A DNA stretch of 39,893 nt from Patescibacteria group bacterium (GTDB lineage Bacteria > Patescibacteriota > Minisyncoccia > Phycocordibacterales > UBA9973): positions 1-39,893 of the forward strand of contig JBBTUY010000003.1 in assembly GCA_038063515.1 (NCBI GenBank), read 5' to 3'. The position numbers and the translations under genes are program-made. A model generated the notes under the pieces. That model worked only from the letters and a program-made list of their open reading frames with translations, did not search any database and was not told the DNA's origin. How positions within the stretch are numbered: the stretch's first letter is position 1; the number at the start of each line of letters is the position of its first letter. Of the stretch, positions 5,422 to 14,613 are shown in pieces.

Positions 5422-6102
5422 ATGAATAAAGAAGATCTAAAAAGTTACACTGGGGTTGGCGTAGTTATTGTTATTTTTATTTTCTCTCTCGTATTTCTCA
5501 TCTCTTCTTTCAGTTTTTCTAGTCAAGGCAAGTACGTGGAAGTAAAGGGGCTCTCTGAGAGGATAGTAAAGGCAGACGTAGCCATCTGGTCTATGAACTT
5601 TGAAGTTAAATCTAACAACATTGATAGTTTATACGCAGAGATAGAGAAGAACACTACTAGTATCAAGTCCTTCCTTAAAGAAAAAGGCTTTGAAGACAGT
5701 GAGGTAAATATCGCTCCAGTAAATGTCTACCAAGATACATATTCAGGTGCTTTATTTAGATACAATTCTACTTCACAGCTTTCTGTCTATACAAAGAAAG
5801 TTGACCTAGTTCGTTCTGCTTCCAAAGATTCGCTACTCTTAGTTAAGAGAGGGGTAACTCTAAATCAGAACTCTATAGCCTTTGAGTTTTCAGATATCAA
5901 CAGTATAAAGCCAGAAATGCTTGCAGAAGCTATAAAGAATGCAAAGACATCCGCAAAACAGTTTGCTACTGAATCAGGCTCAAGGCTCGGATCAGTATCT
6001 CGTGCTAATCAAGGCGTTTTTGATATTACAGACAAAGACCCTGGTTCTCCTGAATACAAAAAGATACGTGTAGTTTCTAGTTTAAGATTCTTACTAAAAT
6101 AA
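5422..6102 (+). CDS. SIMPL domain (DUF541/YggE-like) protein
   Basis: An N-terminal TM helix is followed by [24 protein letters not shown] and a C-terminal IRVVSSLRF pattern typical of SIMPL/YggE oxidative-stress proteins. It is adjacent to msrB and msrA. Confidence 0.7.
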   Translation: MNKEDLKSYTGVGVVIVIFIFSLVFLISSFSFSSQGKYVEVKGLSERIVKADVAIWSMNFEVKSNNIDSLYAEIEKNTTSIKSFLKEKGFEDSEVNIAPVNVYQDTYSGALFRYNSTSQLSVYTKKVDLVRSASKDSLLLVKRGVTLNQNSIAFEFSDINSIKPEMLAEAIKNAKTSAKQFATESGSRLGSVSRANQGVFDITDKDPGSPEYKKIRVVSSLRFLLK

Positions 6103-6104
6103 AT

Positions 6105-6461
6105 ATGAATGATCTCACCGAAGAAGAGAAAAGAGTGATCATATATAAAGGCACTGAAGTCCCTTTTACTGGTGAGTATTATAAAAATACTGCAAATGGT
6201 TTGTATATGTGTCGTCAGTGTGATGCACCACTTTATACTTCTGAACAGAAATTTGAGTCTACTTGTGGTTGGCCGTCTTTTGATGATGAGATACCAGGAG
6301 CCATTCATCAATCTCTAGATGCAGATGGTATGCGCACAGAGATAACCTGTGCAAACTGCGGGGGTCATCTAGGACACATTTTTAAAGGTGAACATTTAAC
6401 TTCAAAAGATATTCGTCACTGTGTAAATTCTGTATCGATGAAGTTTGTACCAAAAGACTAG
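6105..6461 (+). CDS. msrB: Peptide-methionine (R)-S-oxide reductase
   Basis: It has two CxxC pairs (CRQC, CANC), GWPSF and the catalytic RHCVNSVS motif. Confidence 0.9.
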   Translation: MNDLTEEEKRVIIYKGTEVPFTGEYYKNTANGLYMCRQCDAPLYTSEQKFESTCGWPSFDDEIPGAIHQSLDADGMRTEITCANCGGHLGHIFKGEHLTSKDIRHCVNSVSMKFVPKD

Positions 6462-6507
6462 TTTGTAATTTGTCTTGAGCACACCTTTTAGAAAGCCTTG
6501 TAAAATT

Positions 6508-6996
6508 ATGATCAAAAAAATAGTATTAGCGGGAGGATGTTTTTGGGGACTCGAAGATTTACTTCGAAAACAAAAAGGTGTAGTGAATACCACAGTGGGC
6601 TACACTGGCGGTAGTGTTATAGATCCGACATATCACAACCACGAAGGTCATGCCGAGGCAGTGGAAATAGAATATGAGGATATAGAAACTTCATATAAAA
6701 ATCTCCTCGATTTCTTTTTTCAAATTCATAATCCCACCACTTTAAATAAGCAAGGTAATGACAAGGGCACTTCATACCGTTCCACTATTTTTTATGGGAA
6801 CGATGAAGAGAAAAAAGAGGCACAGGATTTTATAGATATTGTAAACAATTCCAAACGCTGGAAGGACCCTGTCATCACCACACTTGAGCCTTTAGGCGTA
6901 TTTTACAAAGCTGAAGATTACCATCAAGATTATCTGGTTAAAAATCCTGGTGGATACACCTGCCATGCTATATATTTTGATAGTTATTTAAAATAG
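6508..6996 (+). CDS. msrA: Peptide-methionine (S)-S-oxide reductase
   Basis: The GGCFWG active-site motif is close to the N terminus ([16 protein letters not shown]), and YHQDYL is near the C terminus. The start was chosen at ATG 6508. Confidence 0.9.
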   Translation: MIKKIVLAGGCFWGLEDLLRKQKGVVNTTVGYTGGSVIDPTYHNHEGHAEAVEIEYEDIETSYKNLLDFFFQIHNPTTLNKQGNDKGTSYRSTIFYGNDEEKKEAQDFIDIVNNSKRWKDPVITTLEPLGVFYKAEDYHQDYLVKNPGGYTCHAIYFDSYLK

Positions 6997-7068
6997 GAGT
7001 ACAATATTCTTAAGGAGATCATAAGTTAATGTAGTTTTTAGAGAAAGCTAAACATTTAGTATCATAAT

Positions 7069-7839
7069 ATGTTACCTAATAAGAAAATTATAGCTTTTGA
7101 TTTAGATGGCACTCTGGCTCCTAGTAAAAGTGTGATATCAGAGCATATGGCAATTCTACTGAAGAAGCTTATAGAGAAAAAGATTGTAGTAGTCATCAGT
7201 GGGGGGAAATTTGAACAATTCATGACTCAATTTTTTTCATCATTTAATCATTACGAGAATATGCTAGCCTTCATAGACAATCTTGTTCTTCTGCCTACAA
7301 GTGGAACACAGCGATATAGTTTTAATAAAATTAAAAAAGAATGGGAATTGGTAGATAAAGAGCCTTTAGGAGATGAGGTTAAAGTTAAAATCAAGAAACT
7401 TTTACAAGATATAATAGATTCTGGCTCTTATGATATTCCCGCGAACCCTTTTGGTGATATTGTAGAAGACAGAGATACACAGATCACGTTTTCAGGGCGA
7501 GGCCAGCAAGCACCCATAGAAGAAAAGAGAGCTTGGGATCCTGATAAAAAGAAAAGACAGAAAATCAAAGAGGCTATCGAAGGGAAGATGCCTGAAGTGA
7601 GCATGTATGTAAATGCGTATTCAAGTATAGACATATTACCGAAAGGTTTTAATAAGGCTATAGGACTCAGTCATTTTTTGGATAAGGTTGGACTTTCTAA
7701 GTCTGATGTTTTATTTGTGGGTGACGGACTATTCCCGGGAGGCAATGATTATTCAATTTACACAGCTCATTTTGACACCTTTGCTGTGAAAGGACCTGAC
7801 GATACCGAAAGGTTACTCGAGGGTTGGTTGGCTACTTAA
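7069..7839 (+). CDS. HAD-IIB hydrolase, phosphomannomutase-like
   Basis: It carries the IAFDLDGTL motif I, SGG motif II and GDG...GNDY motif IV. Overall it resembles the eukaryotic-type PMM/HAD-IIB family. Confidence 0.7.
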   Translation: MLPNKKIIAFDLDGTLAPSKSVISEHMAILLKKLIEKKIVVVISGGKFEQFMTQFFSSFNHYENMLAFIDNLVLLPTSGTQRYSFNKIKKEWELVDKEPLGDEVKVKIKKLLQDIIDSGSYDIPANPFGDIVEDRDTQITFSGRGQQAPIEEKRAWDPDKKKRQKIKEAIEGKMPEVSMYVNAYSSIDILPKGFNKAIGLSHFLDKVGLSKSDVLFVGDGLFPGGNDYSIYTAHFDTFAVKGPDDTERLLEGWLAT

Positions 7840-7850
7840 TACTTTAGTTG

Positions 7851-7856
7851 TATAAT
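7851..7856 (+). promoter_or_regulatory. -10 box TATAAT, 6 nt upstream of ATG 7863
   Basis: The motif was read directly. Confidence 0.55.
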
Positions 7857-7862
7857 AAATAA

Positions 7863-8213
7863 ATGGATGCTTTAAAACTATTTACAGAGGAAAGACCTTG
7901 GGGTAAGTTTGAACAATTTACTCACAACGAGATAAGTACAATAAAGATAATCACAGTTAAAACAGGCGAGGCTTTTAGTTTGCAATCTCATAAAAATAGA
8001 AGAGAATTCTGGAAGATTTTGTCTGGTAGTCCCGAGGTCACTATTGGGGATAGTGTTGTGACGGCAAGTAAGGGTGATGAGTTTAATGTACCTCCGATGA
8101 CAAAACACCGCGTACGTTCTGTCGGAGTCGATACTGAAATACTAGAGATAGTATTAGGTATTTTTGATGAAAATGATATTACTCGCCTAGAAGACAAGTA
8201 TGGTCGTGTCTAA
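7863..8213 (+). CDS. Cupin domain protein related to the C-terminal cupin of type II phosphomannose isomerase
   Basis: RPWGKFEQF...SLQSHKNRREFWKILSG...HR fits the type II PMI (ManC C-terminal) cupin pattern. Confidence 0.7.
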   Translation: MDALKLFTEERPWGKFEQFTHNEISTIKIITVKTGEAFSLQSHKNRREFWKILSGSPEVTIGDSVVTASKGDEFNVPPMTKHRVRSVGVDTEILEIVLGIFDENDITRLEDKYGRV

Positions 8214-9363
8214 AAATAAAAAGATAATAAAGAAAATACCCAAATCTGCTAAAAAGAAAAAATTAGTTAAAAAAGTTGCGCCCAAGAAAATTGTAAAAGA
8301 AAATGTAAAGAAAATAGCGAAGAAAACAAAAAAGATATTAAAGAAAAAATCTTCTCATCTCGAACTAAAACGCTCCATTAAAAATCCTATAATAAGTCCT
8401 AGTGATAACCTCTGGGAATCCAAAGCCACATTTAACCCCACTGCACTGTATGCAGATGGGAAAGTGCACATTATCTATAGAGCCATAGGTGATAGTGATA
8501 ACTCTGTTTTAGGATATGCAGAAAGTAACGACGGTTTTACTATTCAAAATACTTTCCCTAAGCCTATATATTTTCATTTTATGAATAGAGGTAACAACAC
8601 TTCTGTTCCTAGTATTTCCTATGTTTCTGGAGGAGGCTGGGGAGGTGGCTGTGAAGATCCCAGAGTCACTTTGTTAGGAGATACGATATATATGACTTAT
8701 ACTGCATTTGATGGTTGGGGTTCTGTACGTATGGCTCTTACTTCTATAAGTTTAAAAGATTTTCTTGATAAGTGTTGGAATTGGAAAGAGCCTGTGCTGA
8801 TATCTCCACCAGGTGAGATACATAAAAACTGGGTACTTTTTCCAGAAAAGATAAATGGTAAATATGCTATTTTGCATAGTATATCTCCTACGATCATGAT
8901 AGATTATTTTAATTCACTTTCTGAATTAGATGGAGATAATTTCATACATAGCATTCATCAGAATAGTCCTCTCTGGATAAAGCGAGACAGGTTCACTCGT
9001 GGTGTCGGTCCTTCACCGATCGAGACAAAGTATGGCTGGCTCGTACTTTATCACAAGATGGAGAAAGACGAGACTTATAGATATAAACTCTGGGTGATGA
9101 TATTAGATAAAAAAGATCCTACAAAAGTTTTATACAATTCTACAGGTCCGATACTTGAGCCAGATTTGTGGTACGAAAATGAGGGATATAAATCAGGAGT
9201 AGTTTATTCGTGTGGAGTTGTTATAAAAGATGGTAAATTGTTTGTGTATTATGGTGGTGCTGACAAAGTTTCTGCAGTAGCGACAGCAGACTTGGGTAAA
9301 TTTTTAGAAGAACTTATACACCACAAAGTACTACCATTAAAGATTAACTCTATTAAGAAATAA
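8200..9363 (+). CDS. GH130-family glycosidase/phosphorylase-like protein with a Lys-rich N-terminal extension of about 55 aa
   Basis: NPIISPSDNLWESKATFNPTAL, GCEDPRV, YTAFDG and VYYGGADK are GH130 (beta-mannoside phosphorylase, DUF377) hallmarks. The N terminus reads KKIIKKIPKSAKKKKLVKKVAPKK and continues in the same style. The gene overlaps the upstream gene by 14 nt. Confidence 0.8.
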   Translation: MVVSKNKKIIKKIPKSAKKKKLVKKVAPKKIVKENVKKIAKKTKKILKKKSSHLELKRSIKNPIISPSDNLWESKATFNPTALYADGKVHIIYRAIGDSDNSVLGYAESNDGFTIQNTFPKPIYFHFMNRGNNTSVPSISYVSGGGWGGGCEDPRVTLLGDTIYMTYTAFDGWGSVRMALTSISLKDFLDKCWNWKEPVLISPPGEIHKNWVLFPEKINGKYAILHSISPTIMIDYFNSLSELDGDNFIHSIHQNSPLWIKRDRFTRGVGPSPIETKYGWLVLYHKMEKDETYRYKLWVMILDKKDPTKVLYNSTGPILEPDLWYENEGYKSGVVYSCGVVIKDGKLFVYYGGADKVSAVATADLGKFLEELIHHKVLPLKINSIKK

Positions 9364-9366
9364 TTT

Positions 9367-11316
9367 ATGTTTGTTGTAAAAAGATCTCACCATAATCCAA
9401 TAATAGTACCTGATAAAGACCATTATTGGGAGGCATATTCTACTTTCAATATGAGTGTTGTGAAAAAAGGTACTATATTTTACGGTGTATACCGTGCTAT
9501 TTCTGCAGGAGATAAATTGCGTGAGCCACAGCAAATCTCTACAATAGGCATAGGAAAGAGTAGCGATGGACGGCATTTCCGTGATCGTAAGCTTTTCATC
9601 ACACCTGTCGAGGAATGGGAAAAATATGGTTGTGAAGACCCACGCGTCACATACTTCGAGGGTAATTATTATACTTTTTATACCGCATTATCTAAATATC
9701 CTTTTGAGGCAAGTGGTATTAAGGTTGCGGTAGCTGTGTCTAAAGATTTAAATAAAATAAAAGAGCGTCACTTAGTAACTCCTTTTAATGCAAAAGCCAT
9801 GACTCTTTTTCCGAAGCGTGTGAATGGCAAGGTCACGGTCATACTTTCTGTAAATACAGACATGCCTCCTGCAAGCATAGCTATTGCACAAGCTGATAAA
9901 ATAGAAGAATTATGGGATCCAAAATTTTGGGAGTTGTGGTATGAGAATTTAGATAAACACACCATAGACTTAAGACGCTCACCATACGATCACATAGAAG
10001 TAGGAGCTACACCTGTCGAGACAAAATACGGCTGGCTCCTCGTGTATTCCCATATACAAAATTATTTTAGCGGCGGAGAAAATTTAAAAAGAATATTTGG
10101 TATTGAAGCAATACTTTTAGGTAAAGATAATTTATTAAAAATATTAGGACGTACACGTAGTCCCATTTTAGCCCCTCGCGAATCTTATGAGCTTTTAGGA
10201 CATCTTCCTGATATAGTTTTCCCTTCGGGGGCTATAGTTAAAAAAGATACGCTTTACATATATTACGGAGCAACAGATACGATTATATGTATGGCTCATG
10301 TAAATCTAACTGATCTTTTAGGTACGATGCGGTATGCTACGACTAATGATTGGCATTTTTTACGCTCTACTTCTAATCCTATTATTTCACCTAAAAAAGA
10401 AAATTTATGGGAATCAAAAGCTACGTTTAACCCAGCTTCTATATTGCTTAAAAATAAAATACACATCTTATATAGAACACTTTCGAATGATAATACTTCG
10501 TACATAGGTTATGCATCATCTAATGATGGTTTTAAAATAGATGAGAGATTAGAAGATCCTATATATGTGCCTAGGGAGGATTTTGAAAACAAAAAAGTTC
10601 CAGACGGAAACTCTGGTTGTGAGGATCCACGAGTTACAAAATTGGGTAAAGATATATACATGTGCTACACAGCTTTTGATGGTATTGGTCCACCGAGAGT
10701 CGCTACAACTTCTATAACTGAAAAAGACTTTTTAAATAAAAAATGGAATTGGTCAAAACCGATACTAATAACCCCTGCTGGTTTTGATGACAAAGATACC
10801 TGCATTTTCCCTGAGAAAATAAATGGTAAATATTTCTTTTTACATAGAGTGGGAAGTGAAATATGTGGAGATTATTTAAATTCACTAAACTTTGAAACAG
10901 AAACGGTGAAGAAATGCATCAGGATCATAGGTCCTAGGATAAATAGCTGGGATAATTTGAAAGTCGGTATATCAGCACCACCACTTAAGACCAAGGCTGG
11001 TTGGCTCGTACTTTATCATGGTGTCTCAGATACGCATAGTACATACCGTGTCGGTTTTATCCTTCTTGATTTGAAAGACCCGACCATCGTACTTGCACGT
11101 ACTACGGACTCTATCTTCGAGCCAGTGGAACCATATGAAAAGATAGGTATTGTAAACAATGTTGTTTTTCCATGTGGCATGGTGGAGAAGAAGGGTTTGC
11201 TCTACATATATTACGGAGGGGCTGATACGGTGACAGGTGTCGCCACTATGAAATTAAGTGTTATTTTAAATGCTCTTACAAGAGAAATTAAACTTGATAA
11301 ACAAAATAAAAAATAA
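9367..11316 (+). CDS. Tandem double GH130-family protein
   Basis: Two complete GH130 modules are present. Each has NPII.P...WE...(S/A)TFN, GCEDPRVT, YTA(L/F) and IYYG(A/G)(T/A)D motifs (aa 1-320 and 330-640). Confidence 0.8.
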   Translation: MFVVKRSHHNPIIVPDKDHYWEAYSTFNMSVVKKGTIFYGVYRAISAGDKLREPQQISTIGIGKSSDGRHFRDRKLFITPVEEWEKYGCEDPRVTYFEGNYYTFYTALSKYPFEASGIKVAVAVSKDLNKIKERHLVTPFNAKAMTLFPKRVNGKVTVILSVNTDMPPASIAIAQADKIEELWDPKFWELWYENLDKHTIDLRRSPYDHIEVGATPVETKYGWLLVYSHIQNYFSGGENLKRIFGIEAILLGKDNLLKILGRTRSPILAPRESYELLGHLPDIVFPSGAIVKKDTLYIYYGATDTIICMAHVNLTDLLGTMRYATTNDWHFLRSTSNPIISPKKENLWESKATFNPASILLKNKIHILYRTLSNDNTSYIGYASSNDGFKIDERLEDPIYVPREDFENKKVPDGNSGCEDPRVTKLGKDIYMCYTAFDGIGPPRVATTSITEKDFLNKKWNWSKPILITPAGFDDKDTCIFPEKINGKYFFLHRVGSEICGDYLNSLNFETETVKKCIRIIGPRINSWDNLKVGISAPPLKTKAGWLVLYHGVSDTHSTYRVGFILLDLKDPTIVLARTTDSIFEPVEPYEKIGIVNNVVFPCGMVEKKGLLYIYYGGADTVTGVATMKLSVILNALTREIKLDKQNKK

Positions 11317-11318
11317 AG

Positions 11319-12563
11319 TTAGAACTGAGAAATATCTCGAGGAGAGAAAATGTTGATTGTCCAATCAAAAGCTACTCGTACCTTTTTTCTAAATGAAATT
11401 AATTTTGAAAGGTAGACTGTCCTCCATATCCACCAGGTTATACGTCCACTTAAAAATATATGGAATACTTCACCGAGCGCCATCCATTGTCCTATGGAAA
11501 CAAGGTTACCACTATGCCTATATACAAATTTTTTCAATTCTTTGTTTGTTATTAAATATTTTATATTTAAAGCTACATGTTTAGCTTGTTTCTCTGCGAC
11601 TTGTGCGAGAGCTTGTAATACATCATAGTCAGTATTTTTAAAAGCTGCTCCGTCACCTATAAAGAATACTTCTTTGTAGTTTGGTATTTGTAAGTATTCA
11701 TTTATTAATACTTGTCCTAGTTCATTTTTCTCTACATCACCATTAAATTTTATTTCTACAGGCCTAATACCAGCAACCCATATAGTAGTTTCAGTTTCTA
11801 TTTTTGTTCCGTTGTCTAATGTCACAAAAGTCTCACCAACTTCTGTAACTCTTGTACTTAAAATTACTTCAATACCTTTTTTTTGTAAAATATCTAGACT
11901 TTTCTTGCGTAATTTTTCTCCAAATCTAGGTATGAGTTCGCTTTGGTTTTGTATGAGTATTACTCGTGCATTAGCTATGACTTTATGAGAGTAGTAGTGG
12001 GAGAAGGTCTGTTCTATGAGTTCATGTATTTCAGCTGCGAGCTCTACCCCTGTAGGCCCACCACCTACGAGTACAAAAGTTAATTTCCTCTTAATTGTCT
12101 CAATATCAGTGGTGCAAGATATAGATTCTATTTGAGTTATAAGGTGGTTCTTAATTTTTATTGCATCATGTAACGATTTGAGAGTAAGAGAGTATTTATC
12201 TCCTCCGGGTGTATTGTAAAAGTTTGTTTCTGACCCTGGTGATAACACCAGGTAATCATAGGCTACCTTCGTATTGTTTACAGTTACAGTACGATCTTGT
12301 AAATTTACAAAATCTACCTTACCTAAATAAAAGCTATCGAGACATCGTCCTAGAACTTTTCGTATAGATTCTACTATGTTTTCTGGATTTATGCTTCCTG
12401 TCGCTACTTCATGTAAAAGGGGAGTGAAAAGAAAATAATTCTTTTCACCTATAAGAGAAATTCTAACGTTTGTTTTTTTTCGAAATATTTTGTCTAGGTT
12501 TTTTAGTGTATAAACTCCTCCAAAACCATTACCGATTATGAGTACTTTCACAGATTCTTCCAT
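11319..12563 (-). CDS. ndh: Type II NADH dehydrogenase (NDH-2) / FAD-dependent pyridine nucleotide-disulfide oxidoreductase
   Basis: It has two Rossmann GxGxxG motifs (IIGNGFGGV and LVGGGPTGVELAAE) and a FFIGDGA motif. Its length of 414 aa also fits. Confidence 0.8.
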   Translation of the reverse strand: MEESVKVLIIGNGFGGVYTLKNLDKIFRKKTNVRISLIGEKNYFLFTPLLHEVATGSINPENIVESIRKVLGRCLDSFYLGKVDFVNLQDRTVTVNNTKVAYDYLVLSPGSETNFYNTPGGDKYSLTLKSLHDAIKIKNHLITQIESISCTTDIETIKRKLTFVLVGGGPTGVELAAEIHELIEQTFSHYYSHKVIANARVILIQNQSELIPRFGEKLRKKSLDILQKKGIEVILSTRVTEVGETFVTLDNGTKIETETTIWVAGIRPVEIKFNGDVEKNELGQVLINEYLQIPNYKEVFFIGDGAAFKNTDYDVLQALAQVAEKQAKHVALNIKYLITNKELKKFVYRHSGNLVSIGQWMALGEVFHIFLSGRITWWIWRTVYLSKLISFRKKVRVAFDWTINIFSPRDISQF

Positions 12564-12569
12564 ATATTC

Positions 12570-12578
12570 ATTCTATCA
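12570..12578 (-). promoter_or_regulatory. Extended -10 (TGaTAGAAT on the minus strand), 6 nt upstream of ATG 12563
   Basis: The reverse complement of 12564-12578 reads tgatagaat-gaatat followed by ATG. It lies back to back with the plus-strand promoter at 12587-12595. Confidence 0.6.
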
Positions 12579-12586
12579 TTTTTAGG

Positions 12587-12595
12587 TGTTATAAT
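12587..12595 (+). promoter_or_regulatory. Extended -10 TGtTATAAT, 6 nt upstream of ATG 12602
   Basis: The motif was read directly. Confidence 0.6.
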
Positions 12596-12601
12596 AAAGA
12601 T

Positions 12602-13210
12602 ATGATAGATTCCATCGAATGGTTGCGAGTCCTAATAGAAAATTACCATGCATTTCAGTACGTAATTATTTTTATAGCTGCTGTTTTAGGGGGCGAGCTT
12701 ATGATTTTTGTTTTCGGTTTCTTGGTAGCACAAGGAGTGATATCTATTTTACCCGTCATACTCATTACCTTTGTTGGTGCATTTTTGCCAAATTTATTAT
12801 GGTTTTTATTAGGACGTACAAATGGAGTACACAAGATATCTTCACATAAGTACACTTTGACAACAGTTTCTTCTATAGTTGAAGGTGTAGAGAAGATGAG
12901 TAGGGGGAATCATGTTATAGCTTTAATAATAATAAAATTTCTTGTTGGTACGCCCGTACTGCTCACTCTGTATTCTAATAGAAGCAAACTTTCTCTTTCA
13001 AAATTTATTTACGCACAGTTATTTGCTGTAGCACTTTCGATAGTTGTTATCATGTTTTTGGGTTACTTGTCTGGTCGTGGGTTTTTGTATATCACAGAAA
13101 TTTTTAAAAATCTGTATTCAGCCATAGGGTTTATACTATTAGTGCTGGTTTTAATTTTTGGTGTTCAGATTTGGTTTGAGAAATTATTTACCAATAGGTC
13201 GAAAAATTAA
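12602..13210 (+). CDS. DedA/VTT-domain-like integral membrane protein
   Basis: The protein is 202 aa with 4-5 hydrophobic helices. The N-terminal YVIIFIAAVLGGE...FGFLVAQG pattern resembles the DedA/SNARE-associated family. Confidence 0.5.
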   Translation: MIDSIEWLRVLIENYHAFQYVIIFIAAVLGGELMIFVFGFLVAQGVISILPVILITFVGAFLPNLLWFLLGRTNGVHKISSHKYTLTTVSSIVEGVEKMSRGNHVIALIIIKFLVGTPVLLTLYSNRSKLSLSKFIYAQLFAVALSIVVIMFLGYLSGRGFLYITEIFKNLYSAIGFILLVLVLIFGVQIWFEKLFTNRSKN

Positions 13211-14031
13211 ATACTAGCTTTGTAGTCTTTCTCTTTTCCACCCTCAGGAATTACTTTTTTGATTATAAATTTACCTTCAGATAGTTCTGCCTCTGTTATT
13301 ATGATTCTTTTTCCATTATTGAAAAGGAAAGTTCTTGGCCATGTGGCGTAGGCTCTAAATTTATTATAGTTTTTTATCGAGTCATCAGTTAGGTCAATGA
13401 GCCCATCTTCTTTTTTAATTTTTTTACAAAATGTTGCAGTATCTTCGTTTTGTATTTTTTCTATTACCTTACCCTCTATGAAAATAGGCAATGTTTGTAC
13501 TAAAAGCTCGCCACCTATTTTTATTAGTCTTTTTCGGAGGTCGGCTGCTTTTTCATCAGGTCCTATTTCTATCTTTTCTTCAGCAATTATAGGCCCAGAA
13601 TCCATTTTGTATTCCATCTTTTGTATAGTTACACCTGTCTCTGTATTTCCGTGAAGTATTGTAGATTCTACGGGAGATGCACCTCTGTATTTAGGTAGTA
13701 GGGAATAATGCACATTGATAGAGCCTAATTTTGGCATATGTATTATGTCTTCCGGCATGATTTTCCCGTATGCGACGACTATAAAAAATTCATAACTGTC
13801 TTCTTTGAGTTTTGTTTTAAATTCCTCGTCTAATTTCTCAGGTTTTATACAAGGTATATTATTTTCCTCTGCAAACACTGCGACTGGGGAGGGATGCATT
13901 TCAAGACCTCTGCCACTTTTTGCATCAGGTGCAGTTACTATAAGTGAAGGCATAAAATTCTCCCTCTTCAATATTTCGAGGGTCTCATATGCCACCTCAG
14001 GTGTACCAAAAAATGCAAATTTAGAATTCAT
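13207..14031 (-). CDS. fmt: Methionyl-tRNA formyltransferase (short form)
   Basis: It has FFGTPE, SGRGLEMHPSPV and NVHYSLLPKYRGASPV motifs. It sits immediately downstream of def in the same operon. Confidence 0.85.
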   Translation of the reverse strand: MNSKFAFFGTPEVAYETLEILKRENFMPSLIVTAPDAKSGRGLEMHPSPVAVFAEENNIPCIKPEKLDEEFKTKLKEDSYEFFIVVAYGKIMPEDIIHMPKLGSINVHYSLLPKYRGASPVESTILHGNTETGVTIQKMEYKMDSGPIIAEEKIEIGPDEKAADLRKRLIKIGGELLVQTLPIFIEGKVIEKIQNEDTATFCKKIKKEDGLIDLTDDSIKNYNKFRAYATWPRTFLFNNGKRIIITEAELSEGKFIIKKVIPEGGKEKDYKASI

Positions 14032-14039
14032 GTTATTTC

Positions 14040-14609
14040 TTATTGAGGTAATTCTTCTCGTATGTCTTTTGCGTGATCTATGAAAAGTACTCCATTTAGG
14101 TGATCCGTCTCGTGTTGAAATATTTGTGCGAGTAGGCCTGAGGCACCTCTGGTAAATTTATTGCCTTCTTCGTCGTATGCACTGACGGTAGCCTTCTTAG
14201 ACCTATATGCATTACCATAGAGCCATCTGACAGATAGGCAGCCCTCAGGGAGCCATTCTTTGTCGCGCGAGAGCCTTGAAATTTTTGGGTTTATAAATAC
14301 TAAATCTTTTACTTTTGTTTTCTTGTTTTCTATTACTACAGCTTCTTCTTTTATTATTTTTTTACTTAATCTTTCTTTTCTATCTGAAACAAAATCTTTT
14401 TCAAATATTTTACCAGATACGAGAAATATCCTAAGACTGTATCCTATCTGCGGAGCAGCTATGGCTACTCCATCGTGCTGTGTCGCAAGGGCTAGAGACA
14501 TCTCTTTTATTATCTTTTTTATTTCGGTTTTCTTTATGTTTTCAATGGGAATTTCCTTTGCTATTTTGCGCAAAACCAGTTCTTCTTTTTGTTGAAGAAT
14601 TTTCTTCAT
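14040..14609 (-). CDS. def: Peptide deformylase
   Basis: All three deformylase motifs are present: GVAIAAPQIG, EGCLSV and HETDHLNG. A Lys-rich insert lies between motifs 1 and 2. Confidence 0.9.
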   Translation of the reverse strand: MKKILQQKEELVLRKIAKEIPIENIKKTEIKKIIKEMSLALATQHDGVAIAAPQIGYSLRIFLVSGKIFEKDFVSDRKERLSKKIIKEEAVVIENKKTKVKDLVFINPKISRLSRDKEWLPEGCLSVRWLYGNAYRSKKATVSAYDEEGNKFTRGASGLLAQIFQHETDHLNGVLFIDHAKDIREELPQ

Positions 14610-14613
14610 ATAT

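Noticed and set aside
7013-7031. AAGGAG followed by ATG after msrA
   Set aside because: The ATG is followed immediately by TAG, so there is no ORF. It is a chance SD-like hexamer.
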